Of a stretch of DNA of 64,000 bases, positions 26,144-34,054 are shown in pieces. The notes under the pieces were generated by a model. It saw only the letters and a list, made by a program, of their open reading frames with translations. It was not told the DNA's origin and did no database searches. The position numbers and the translations under genes are program-made. How positions within the stretch are numbered: position 1 is the stretch's first letter; each line of letters starts with the position of its first letter. Origin of the DNA: Candidatus Moranbacteria bacterium GW2011_GWC2_40_12 (lineage in GTDB: Bacteria; Patescibacteriota; Minisyncoccia; Moranbacterales; UBA11712); NCBI GenBank assembly GCA_000995965.1, contig LBYD01000003.1, forward strand, positions 17,713-81,712, written 5' to 3'.

Positions 26144-27364
26144 ATGAGGGAAGAAAAAAAAGAGAAAACGAACGAGCCGGAGAAAAGTGAAGCGACGACA
26201 ATCACTTTCACTGTGATAACAACACTTCTGGCCGTCGCTTTTATCGGCGGGCTGATTTTCGTCGGAAAAATATACAACGACCGAAAAAAAGAATTGCAAT
26301 CTCTCAAGCGTCAGATGGAAAATTTTCAAAAAAGCTCCGGCACTTCAAGCGGCGAAACGACCGTCACGGGCGAAATCGGCGATATCGAAAACTCGCTGGA
26401 ACAAACAGCGCCCATCGAGAATTATGCCGGCTGGAAAACATACACTAACGGCGAAATCGGATACACATTGAAATACCCCGTCGATTGGGCGGTGCAAGAA
26501 ACAGACGAGTTTAGCCCGCTTTATGGCGAGACAGTAAAATATATTGCTATTTATGCACCGGAAAACAAATATTTTCTCCATTGGGGACTCAAGGAAAAGG
26601 GCGCCGGCTATTATATTTCTGACCGGACCGGAATGGGGGCGGGTGAGGAAAGAAAATCGGGAAAAATCAAAATTCTCGGAACAGAATTTGACATCACCAA
26701 CTATATTTTCCAGGGAAAAGCCAAAGAAATTTTTTATCCGACGGCCGGACGCTCCCTGACCGGAGACGGAAAATATGAATTCACTGCCGCTTTGAGCGGC
26801 GGCTCCGGATCCAACTGGGACAATATCGACCTCTCAAGCGCTCCGGAAAAAGCGCTCGCTGAAAAAATTCTGAAATCAGTCGCACTCGCCGGGAAAACAA
26901 CTTCTCCGGCCGATTGCGAGCAGAATTTCACGAATGAGGAAAATCTCAACAAGACCGGCTGGAAGACTTTTTCCAATGAAAAATACGGATATTATTTCGA
27001 GCATCCGAAAAGTTTGACGGTCGGCGAAAAACAAGATGATTACACCGGCCTGGGAAGCGGAGCCGATCAGCAATCCTTTGAATGGCGCTCCGGATCGATG
27101 ACAGGGACGGATTATTATGGCTATAAGGAAGACCGCCAAATAAATAGGAAAGTCGGCTGCGCGAATGCTAAAATAACTTATCTTTCCGGAGATCCGACAG
27201 CCGATCCGCCCGGCGACGTTCAAGACCGGCTCATCCTGGTCCAATTTGAAAAAAGCGGGATTCCGCATGTTATTTTGTTCAGCTATCAATATGTCGGCGC
27301 CTCAATCTCCGGTGATGTTGCGGAAATGTTCGAATTGATGCTGAAAACAGTGGCGTTTAGATAA
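26144..27364 (+). CDS. membrane-anchored extracellular hypothetical protein
   Basis: 406 aa. N-terminal TM ITFTVITTLLAVAFIGGLIFVG, then a coiled-coil, then a large domain. No motif recognised. Confidence 0.65.
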   Translation: MREEKKEKTNEPEKSEATTITFTVITTLLAVAFIGGLIFVGKIYNDRKKELQSLKRQMENFQKSSGTSSGETTVTGEIGDIENSLEQTAPIENYAGWKTYTNGEIGYTLKYPVDWAVQETDEFSPLYGETVKYIAIYAPENKYFLHWGLKEKGAGYYISDRTGMGAGEERKSGKIKILGTEFDITNYIFQGKAKEIFYPTAGRSLTGDGKYEFTAALSGGSGSNWDNIDLSSAPEKALAEKILKSVALAGKTTSPADCEQNFTNEENLNKTGWKTFSNEKYGYYFEHPKSLTVGEKQDDYTGLGSGADQQSFEWRSGSMTGTDYYGYKEDRQINRKVGCANAKITYLSGDPTADPPGDVQDRLILVQFEKSGIPHVILFSYQYVGASISGDVAEMFELMLKTVAFR

Positions 27365-27404
27365 ATAAACCACTCCCAAGGCTTGGCTTTGGGAGTAAAT
27401 AATT

Positions 27405-27632
27405 ATGGAACAAGAATTATTGGAAAATCAGCCCAAAGAAGATTCTCCTCAAACCAAATTGGATGCCATGGACAAAAAGATTGATGAGATCCACAAGCTG
27501 GCGAACAAAACATACAAACTTTTTCTCTGGACAATGATCGCGACTGCGGTAATGTTCATTTTGCCGCTTATTGCTCTAGCTTTTGTCATCCCCTTCTTTA
27601 TGCGAACAATGACATCCGGTTTGGGAATATGA
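27405..27632 (+). CDS. small membrane protein, hypothetical
   Basis: 75 aa with a C-terminal TM helix. ATG start preceded by a weak hairpin. Confidence 0.5.
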   Translation: MEQELLENQPKEDSPQTKLDAMDKKIDEIHKLANKTYKLFLWTMIATAVMFILPLIALAFVIPFFMRTMTSGLGI

Positions 27633-27693
27633 TCAAAAAATACTCGCCGAAAAAATATCTCAGCATACTAATATACTTATGCTGAGATATTTC

Positions 27694-27730
27694 AGAAAAA
27701 AAGTTTCCGTTCGAATGGAAACTTTTTTAT
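27694..27730. terminator. bidirectional rho-independent terminator between convergent genes
   Basis: aaaaaaa gtttccgttcgaatggaaac tttttta: hairpin flanked by an A-run and a T-run. A second hairpin atatctcagcata/tatgctgagatat lies upstream. Confidence 0.6.
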
Positions 27731-27760
27731 ACGCAAGATACTAGCACCAGCCACAAAATA

Positions 27761-29224
27761 CTAACTAATTTGATAATTCGGTGATTCCTTGGTGATAGTC
27801 ACATCGTGAACATGGCTTTCCTTGAGACCCGCATTGGAAATACGGACGAATTTCGCTTTTTCGCGCAGCTCTTTGAGATTGGGCGCCCCGCAGTATCCCA
27901 TTCCCGACCTGATTCCCCCGACCAGCTGGTGAAGACTGCCTGCCAGCGGACCTTTGGCGGGAACACGCCCCTCAATTCCTTCCGGAATGAGTTTTGAGGC
28001 TTCTACTTTGCCCTGCCCATACCGGTCAGCCGATCCGTCAAGCATCGCTCCTAGCGATCCCATACCACGGTATAGCTTATAATTTCTTCCCTGATACAAA
28101 ATAGTTTCTCCCGGCGCCTCATCTGTTCCGGCGAAAAGACTCCCGATCATCACCGCGCTCGCTCCGGCCGCGAGGGCTTTCACGATATCGCCCGAAAATT
28201 TGATGCCTCCGTCCGCAATCACCGGAATTTTATGTTTTTCTGCCGCTTTTACAACATCAAAAACGGCTGTGAGTTGAGGCATACCGGCTCCGGAAACAAT
28301 CCGCGTGGTGCAAATCGAACCGGGACCGACTCCCACCTTGAGCGCGTCCGCGCCGGCTTTGATCAAATCCTCTGCTCCTTCGGCGGTGACGATATTTCCG
28401 GCTGTCACTGGAATGTCAAAATTTTTCTTGACTTCGCGCAAAGTTTTGAGAACTGCCTCTGAATGGCCATGAGCCCGGTCAATGGAAACCAGATCTGCTC
28501 CGGCTTTTACCAGCAAATCCACTCTTTCCAGGACATCTGTGCTTGTCCCAATCGCCCCCCCGACCCGCAACCGGCCGAGACTATCTTTGGCGGCATTCGG
28601 ATATTTTCTCTTTTTTTCAATATCTTTTATGGTAATCAATCCTTTGAGAGTGTTTTGCTTGTCCACAATCGGCAGTTTTTCTATTTTGTATTTATGCAGC
28701 ATTTTTTTTGCCTGCTCAAGCGTTGTTTTTTCCGGCGCCGTCACCAGGTTATTCTTCGTCATAACACTGCGGACCAGCCTTTTCATATCGGTTTCAAAAC
28801 GCATATCGCGATTGGTGATGATACCGATTAATTTGTTTTTCCTGTCCGTCACCGGAATTCCGGAAATGCGATAATCCTCCATTAGTTTTCTCACCTCACC
28901 AATTGTCGCTCCCGGTTCGACTGTCACTGGATCAATAATCATACCGCTTTCTGATTTCTTCACTTTTTCCACTTCAGCCGCTTGCCGCACTGGCGACATA
29001 TTTCGGTGGATGATTCCGATTCCGCCTTCCTGCGCGAGAGTGATGGCGAGCCGCGATTCAGTCACCGTGTCCATCGCCGCTGAAAGGATGGGAATGTTCA
29101 GTTTGATGTTTTCCGTGATATACGTGCCGACATCCGTGTTCCTCGCCGAAACCCCCGATTTCTGCGGCACCAGAAGAACGTCGTCGAAGGTGAGTCCTGT
29201 CCTAATATTTTTTTCTTGAGGCAT
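27761..29224 (-). CDS. guaB: inosine-5'-monophosphate dehydrogenase
   Basis: 487 aa. Carries [11 protein letters not shown], tandem CBS domains and the catalytic loop [11 protein letters not shown]. Confidence 0.95.
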   Translation of the reverse strand: MPQEKNIRTGLTFDDVLLVPQKSGVSARNTDVGTYITENIKLNIPILSAAMDTVTESRLAITLAQEGGIGIIHRNMSPVRQAAEVEKVKKSESGMIIDPVTVEPGATIGEVRKLMEDYRISGIPVTDRKNKLIGIITNRDMRFETDMKRLVRSVMTKNNLVTAPEKTTLEQAKKMLHKYKIEKLPIVDKQNTLKGLITIKDIEKKRKYPNAAKDSLGRLRVGGAIGTSTDVLERVDLLVKAGADLVSIDRAHGHSEAVLKTLREVKKNFDIPVTAGNIVTAEGAEDLIKAGADALKVGVGPGSICTTRIVSGAGMPQLTAVFDVVKAAEKHKIPVIADGGIKFSGDIVKALAAGASAVMIGSLFAGTDEAPGETILYQGRNYKLYRGMGSLGAMLDGSADRYGQGKVEASKLIPEGIEGRVPAKGPLAGSLHQLVGGIRSGMGYCGAPNLKELREKAKFVRISNAGLKESHVHDVTITKESPNYQIS

Positions 29225-29323
29225 AATTATATAAATTTTAACAAAAGAAGCCCCAAAAAAGAGCTTGCTTGCCTTTTTTAAAATATAGCACTTTTTGGAA
29301 ATTGTGTCAAAAAAATAATCGGA

Positions 29324-29351
29324 TTGACATACCTGAATTTTTGTCTATATT
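29324..29351 (+). promoter_or_regulatory. sigma70-type promoter (TTGACA-16-TATATT)
   Basis: ttgaca at 29324-29, then tatatt at 29346-51. The SD aaggaga follows at 29358. Confidence 0.5.
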
Positions 29352-29373
29352 AAGAGCTAAGGAGACGATCATA

Positions 29374-29484
29374 ATGAGAACATCAATACGCCGAATGTTG
29401 TTTATTCTGGAAGAAGCAATTAACCGAGTATTGGCAAGAATTCTGCCGGAAAGTATTATCCGGATACTGTCACGTATCGGTTAA
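29374..29484 (+). CDS. 36-aa small ORF with own promoter, SD and terminator (leader peptide or small protein)
   Basis: MRTSIRRMLFILEEAINRVLARILPESIIRILSRIG is amphipathic. The terminator hairpin begins 12 nt after the stop and tsaC begins right after it. Confidence 0.4.
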   Translation: MRTSIRRMLFILEEAINRVLARILPESIIRILSRIG

Positions 29485-29495
29485 CTCTCCGCCAC

Positions 29496-29537
29496 GCTGC
29501 TGTTTCCTTCTCACGGGGAACAGCAGCCAATTTTTTT
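29496..29537 (+). terminator. rho-independent terminator / possible attenuator upstream of tsaC
   Basis: gctgctgtttcc ttctcacgg ggaacagcagc, followed by caattttttta. Confidence 0.55.
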
Positions 29538-30131
29538 ATGACAAGCAAAGAGTTAAATAATATTTCAAAGTTAATCACTTCTCATAATATCGGCGTCATC
29601 CCCACCGACACAATCTATGGCGTCGCGGCTTCGGCGTGGTCGAAAAAAGCGGTTGCGCGGGCGTATAAAATAATGAAGCGTAATTCGAAAAAGCCTTTTA
29701 TCATTCTCATCAGATCGATCAAGGATTTGGATAAATTTCATGTTACGCTGGATAAAAAAACCAAAAATATCCTCAAGCAAATCTGGCCGGGAAAAGTGAG
29801 CGCGGTTCTTCCCGTAAAATCGGCAAAATTTCACTATCTCCACCGAGGAACAAAAACTTTGTCTTTTCGGATACCGAAAAAACCAAGCCTCGCGAAACTT
29901 CTCAAAAAAACTGGCCCGCTGATTTCTTCGAGCGCCAATCCGGAAGGAAAAAAACCGGCACAAACAATTTCCGAAGCCAGAAAATATTTTGGGGACAGGG
30001 TTGATTTCTATGTCAGCGGTGGTAAAATGAATTTACTCCCGTCAACGCTGATCGGAATAAAAAATGGGAAGATAAGCGTAATAAGGAAGGGAGCCGGGAA
30101 AATCCCGAGTGGTTTAAAAAATAATCAATAA
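29538..30131 (+). CDS. tsaC: L-threonylcarbamoyladenylate synthase (YrdC/Sua5 family)
   Basis: Carries VIPTDTIYGVAASAWSKKAVARAYKIMKRNSKKPFIIL and is YrdC-domain length. Confidence 0.85.
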   Translation: MTSKELNNISKLITSHNIGVIPTDTIYGVAASAWSKKAVARAYKIMKRNSKKPFIILIRSIKDLDKFHVTLDKKTKNILKQIWPGKVSAVLPVKSAKFHYLHRGTKTLSFRIPKKPSLAKLLKKTGPLISSSANPEGKKPAQTISEARKYFGDRVDFYVSGGKMNLLPSTLIGIKNGKISVIRKGAGKIPSGLKNNQ

Positions 30132-30143
30132 TATACCGATAAA

Positions 30144-30254
30144 ATGAGAAAAATTTCAAACTGCGGAAGGCCGCACGACGATGAGAAAGATGAGTCAAAA
30201 GAAGAAGAAATAGGCAGTTGTTCCTGTTCCGAATGCGGACATTCTTGCGGATAA
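30144..30254 (+). CDS. Cys-rich 36-aa peptide, hypothetical
   Basis: MRKISNCGRPHDDEKDESKEEEIGSCSCSECGHSCG. The terminator at 30284-30310 follows. No SD. Confidence 0.3.
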   Translation: MRKISNCGRPHDDEKDESKEEEIGSCSCSECGHSCG

Positions 30255-30283
30255 TGGTAAAACGAATATTTTTTCTTTCCAAA

Positions 30284-30310
30284 TAAACGCTCTTTAAGGA
30301 GCGTTTATTT
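30284..30310 (+). terminator. rho-independent terminator
   Basis: aaacgctc tttaagg agcgttt followed by atttt. Confidence 0.5.
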
Positions 30311-30348
30311 TATGTTAGTATAATTTCAGAGAAAGGAGGTGAAAAAAA

Positions 30349-30567
30349 ATGATGAAAAAAGGGCCTTTGGGTATGGTTGCCTTTATTCTGCTGATCATCG
30401 GGGGACTGAATTGGGGATTGGTCGGATTTTTCAACTTCGACCTGGTAGCCGCTATTTTTGGCGATATGACGACTCTTTCCCGGATTGTTTATGATCTTGT
30501 CGGACTCGCCGCCCTCTTTATGGTTGTGAAGAAATTCATGATGATGGGAGAAGAAAAGGCTGATTAA
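30349..30567 (+). CDS. DUF378 family small membrane protein
   Basis: 72 aa with two TM helices and the GGLNWGLVGFF motif. Strong SD aaggaggtg. Confidence 0.8.
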   Translation: MMKKGPLGMVAFILLIIGGLNWGLVGFFNFDLVAAIFGDMTTLSRIVYDLVGLAALFMVVKKFMMMGEEKAD

Positions 30568-30630
30568 TCACAAAAATTTCACATCACTTCCCCAAGCCTT
30601 ATCGACAACTAAGGCATTGGTTTTGTTTTT

Positions 30631-31101
30631 ATGAGAAAACCAAAGAAAAAAGTTACCACCCTCTGTATGGTCCACCAGCACCCGCGAATTCTTCTCGGGA
30701 TGAAAAAACGCGGCTTTGGTGCCGGGCGCTGGAACGGGTTCGGCGGAAAAGTGAATCACGGAGAGACGCTCGAAGAAAATGTTGTTCGGGAACTCAAGGA
30801 AGAGTGCGGAATCATTGCCAAAAATATCCAAAAAAAGGCTGTTCTAAATTTTTTCTTTGAGCATGATCCTGATGAGTATATCGAGGTTAATGTATTTGGT
30901 ATATACGATTTTGAAGGCGAACCGGCCGAATCCGAAGAGATGAGGCCGCAGTGGTTCCATGTTGATGAAATTCCCTACGACCTGATGTGGCCGGACGACA
31001 TCCACTGGCATAATTTGTTTTTCGCCGGAAAGAAATTCGAGGGAAATTTCTTTTTCAAAGACTACGATACTATCATCCGCCATGAAATAACCGTATTATA
31101 A
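30631..31101 (+). CDS. NUDIX hydrolase (MutT-like)
   Basis: Nudix box GGKVNHGETLEENVVRELKEECGI. Confidence 0.85.
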   Translation: MRKPKKKVTTLCMVHQHPRILLGMKKRGFGAGRWNGFGGKVNHGETLEENVVRELKEECGIIAKNIQKKAVLNFFFEHDPDEYIEVNVFGIYDFEGEPAESEEMRPQWFHVDEIPYDLMWPDDIHWHNLFFAGKKFEGNFFFKDYDTIIRHEITVL

Positions 31102-31145
31102 AATCCTACAGAATACTGTGATACTGTAGGATTTTTATTAGGAGT

Positions 31146-31868
31146 ATGGGTATGTTTTCTATTTTCAAAAAATATCCCGGTTTATTCGTCGCTTTTTCGA
31201 AAAAAAATGACGGGTCAATGAAATTGACAGGCAGTCCCCTTCTATCGGATAAGATATTTCTAAACCGCGGGAAATATCTCAAAAATATTAGCATCAACCC
31301 AGAAACGGTTGTTTCGGCTGAAATCGTTCATGGAAATAAAATCAGTGTTGTTTCCAATACCGATGGCAGGAAAATGATCGCTGGCGCCGACGGGTTGATT
31401 GCCCAATCGAAAAATATATATTTATCCGTGACTTCGGCTGATTGTTTGCCGATTTTTTTGTTTGATCCGGAGAAAAAAGTTGTCGGGATGGTTCATGCCG
31501 GCTGGCGAAGCCTGGAAAAAGATATTTTATCTAATGCTGTCGGCAAAATAAAAGAGCTTGGCGGAAAGCCGGAAAATATTCTCGTAGGCATCGGTCCGGC
31601 CATTTGCCAAAAGCACTATGAAGTCGGCCCGGAAGTGGCCGAAAAATTCGCAAAATATGCGGAAGATATAAAGAGGGTTAAAGATAAAATATATCTGAAC
31701 ATCAAAAATATCGCCAGACTTCAGCTTTTGAAATTAGGCTTAAGCAAAGATAATATCGAAATCAGCCCCGAATGCACTTTCGAACTCCCTGAAAAATACT
31801 TCTCGGCTCGGCGAGACAAACCCGAAAAAATCAAAGCAATGATCGCATTGATTGGAATGAGAACATAA
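31146..31868 (+). CDS. pgeF: YfiH/PgeF (DUF152, laccase-domain) family purine nucleoside phosphorylase / peptidoglycan editing factor
   Basis: Carries VTSADCLPIFLFDPEKKVVGMVHAGWRS and has conserved His/Cys/His positions. Confidence 0.8.
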   Translation: MGMFSIFKKYPGLFVAFSKKNDGSMKLTGSPLLSDKIFLNRGKYLKNISINPETVVSAEIVHGNKISVVSNTDGRKMIAGADGLIAQSKNIYLSVTSADCLPIFLFDPEKKVVGMVHAGWRSLEKDILSNAVGKIKELGGKPENILVGIGPAICQKHYEVGPEVAEKFAKYAEDIKRVKDKIYLNIKNIARLQLLKLGLSKDNIEISPECTFELPEKYFSARRDKPEKIKAMIALIGMRT

Positions 31869-31924
31869 AAAAAGCTCACTCCAGCATACGAGTATACCGA
31901 AAGCCAATATTTTGTATCCTTAAC

Positions 31925-31978
31925 AGGAATCGCCCGGTCATCCGACCGGGCGTCCCATCGGATGACGGGACGAACCTA
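31925..31978. repeat. pair of GC-rich hairpins related to the 23112-23218 array
   Basis: cccggtcatccgaccggg is the reverse complement of the 23190 copy. tcccatcggatgacggga follows. Confidence 0.5.
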
Positions 31979-31990
31979 ATAATAAAAATT

Positions 31991-32016
31991 GCATCCTCGG
32001 CAGGATTCGAACCTGT
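31991..32016 (-). other. tRNA 3' half (T-arm + acceptor 3' strand + discriminator G), Arg-like
   Basis: ACAGGUUCGAAUCCUGCCGAGGAUG. The T-arm is identical to E. coli tRNA-Arg(CCG). It would pair with the 5' half at 32130-32172. Confidence 0.45.
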
Positions 32017-32045
32017 ATTTTAATTTCCCTGCCCGAATTTGCTTG

Positions 32046-32117
32046 TGCCCTCGATAGGAATCGAACCTATATCACGAGATCCGGAATCTCGCGTCCTATC
32101 CATTGAACGACGAGGGC
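32046..32117 (-). tRNA. tRNA-Arg (anticodon CCG)
   Basis: Cloverleaf: GCCCUCG/CGAGGGC acceptor, D-arm GUUC..GGAC, anticodon loop UUCCGGA, T-arm AUAGGUUCGAUUCCUAU, discriminator A. Confidence 0.9.
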
Positions 32118-32129
32118 AAATTCACAAGC

Positions 32130-32172
32130 AGGCTGGCGGAAACCAACGCTCTATCCAACTGAGCTACAAGGA
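32130..32172 (-). other. tRNA 5' half (acceptor 5' strand, D-arm, anticodon stem/loop with CCG), Arg-like
   Basis: GUCCUUG UA GCUCAGUUGGAUAGAGCG UUGGU UUCCG... The D-arm is identical to E. coli tRNA-Arg(CCG). The sequence diverges after the anticodon and is followed 13 nt later by the intact tRNA-Arg. Confidence 0.45.
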
Positions 32173-32249
32173 CATATCCACAGCCTGCCCCGAAGCTAAA
32201 TGTGAAGCATTTATACTTCGGGGGACGACGAGGACTCAATTAAAAAAAT

Positions 32250-32285
32250 TATTCGTATATTCGTATTTGATTCGTAATTCGTAAA
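32250..32285. repeat. tandem ATTCGTA heptads
   Basis: attcgta tattcgt atttgat tcgtaat tcgtaaa. Confidence 0.5.
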
Positions 32286-32291
32286 AATTAT

Positions 32292-33587
32292 CTATTTTTC
32301 CTTCCAGTCGCGGCTCCGCAGCTTCTTGTGATAGCTTATGGCAAAGCGATGCGCTTCATTGCGGATTCTTTCGATAAGCTTTTCATCGCCTAAGATAAAA
32401 TTGTATTTCTTCCTTATTTCCTCATTTCTCCCGAGATATGTCAAGAGGAATTTTGATTGGTATATATCCAGCTTTTTTCGGGTCTGGCCTTTGGCTACGG
32501 CAATGACCGGAAAATCATGCCCCAAATCGCCTAAAACGCTTTGCGCCATATTGAGATGCCCTTTTCCTCCATCAAGAAGAATTAGATCCGGTTTCGGCCA
32601 ATTATTCCGAAAACGCCGGACTAAAACCTCTTTCATCATACCAACGTCGTCAATTCCAAAAACGGTTTTTATCTTGAACTTTCTATATTCTTTTTTGTCC
32701 GCTTTTCCGTTTGTGAAAACAACCATCGACCCGACTGCAAAATCACCGGCAATATTAGAGATATCATAAGCTTCGATTCGGACTTTTTCCTTAAGTTTAA
32801 CTTTAGGAACATTTCCTAAAGTTAAACTTAAGGAAGTCATATCTCCGGATATAAGCGCCACATCCCGGATATGCTCCAGCGCGAAAATTCTATTGCGAGC
32901 CTCGGCCGCTTTTTCGAATTCATGATTTCTGGCACAGGCTTTCATTTGTTTTTTGAGCTCAACCAGAAGATTTTTCTTTTTCCCTCGAAGAATCATCTCG
33001 ATGCCGTGAATATTTTTGAGATAATCCGGCCGAGTTATTGCCCCCGCGTGCGGTCCCGGACACTTCCCTATTTGGAAATCAAGGCAGCCTTTTTCGGTTT
33101 GCTGCTTCAACGAGTGAAACGGAAAAATTCGACGGATGAGTTTCAGGGCGATATTCATTTGATGTTTTGAAAGATACGGCCCGTATATTTTTTTCGCCGG
33201 CACTTTCCCGAGCTCTGTTTTCCAAAGAATAATAATTCTCGGGAATTTTTCTTTCGTCACAACAAAATAGCCGAAACTCTTGTCGTCTTTGGACATCACG
33301 TTATATTTCGGCTGGTGTTTTTTGATGAGATTGGACTCCAAAATCAAGGCTTCGAGCACGGAGTCGGTAACGCGCACTTTGATATCAGAAACTTGTGAAA
33401 TCATCGGCTCAATATTCGGCCGGTCAAGATGCGCGTTTTTGAGAAAATAACTCCCTACTCGATCCTTGAGACTCGTCGCTTTCCCAATATAAAGAATCTT
33501 CCCTTGCTTATCACAAAATTCATAAACGCCGGGGGATTTGGGGAGAGATTTAAACTTATTGTATTTTCTTGACATTATTGCAATCAT
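32292..33587 (-). CDS. uvrC: excinuclease ABC subunit C, short form (GIY-YIG + UVR + RNase H-like; no C-terminal HhH pair)
   Basis: N-terminal PGVYEFCDKQGKILYIGKATSLKDRVGSYF, UVR-domain FEKAAEARNRIFALE, then ...NEAHRFAISYHKK. 431 aa. Confidence 0.8.
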   Translation of the reverse strand: MIAIMSRKYNKFKSLPKSPGVYEFCDKQGKILYIGKATSLKDRVGSYFLKNAHLDRPNIEPMISQVSDIKVRVTDSVLEALILESNLIKKHQPKYNVMSKDDKSFGYFVVTKEKFPRIIILWKTELGKVPAKKIYGPYLSKHQMNIALKLIRRIFPFHSLKQQTEKGCLDFQIGKCPGPHAGAITRPDYLKNIHGIEMILRGKKKNLLVELKKQMKACARNHEFEKAAEARNRIFALEHIRDVALISGDMTSLSLTLGNVPKVKLKEKVRIEAYDISNIAGDFAVGSMVVFTNGKADKKEYRKFKIKTVFGIDDVGMMKEVLVRRFRNNWPKPDLILLDGGKGHLNMAQSVLGDLGHDFPVIAVAKGQTRKKLDIYQSKFLLTYLGRNEEIRKKYNFILGDEKLIERIRNEAHRFAISYHKKLRSRDWKEK

Positions 33588-33634
33588 TTGATTGGATATA
33601 TTTAGTTCACTATCACACGAGAGGAGAGTCGGCT

Positions 33635-33973
33635 ATGAAGAGAAAGGCCTTGTACTTTTTCATTGTCGCTATGCTATTTCCTTTAGCGACCGGCGGCAAT
33701 GCGTCGGCCAAGGAATCTTTCCGGGAAATCAAGGGTTTCTGGATTGAAAAAGTTGATTTCACACAGCCGGGAATGCGAGTCGACAACAACCGCGGTTTCA
33801 CGGTTCTCCTTCTGAGAGGGATCGAGCCAATCGCCAATCAAGGCAAACGTGTAGTCAAAGCCTTTCGGGGTGTCTATGAGGAAGAGATCCCGCTGGGCAA
33901 GGAGGTAATCATAAAATTTCGTCCGACTGAGGGTATATCCGAAATAGTGGAGAAATCCCCATCCGGAAAATGA
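33635..33973 (+). CDS. small secreted hypothetical protein
   Basis: Signal peptide MKRKALYFFIVAMLFPLATGGNASA. SD gaggagag. 112 aa. Confidence 0.6.
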   Translation: MKRKALYFFIVAMLFPLATGGNASAKESFREIKGFWIEKVDFTQPGMRVDNNRGFTVLLLRGIEPIANQGKRVVKAFRGVYEEEIPLGKEVIIKFRPTEGISEIVEKSPSGK

Positions 33974-34054
33974 ACATCAATTCTTCGCTTCATTGAGACC
34001 GGGTCCATTTGTGACTCGGTCCTATTTATTTTTCGAAATACAAAATACCAATTA

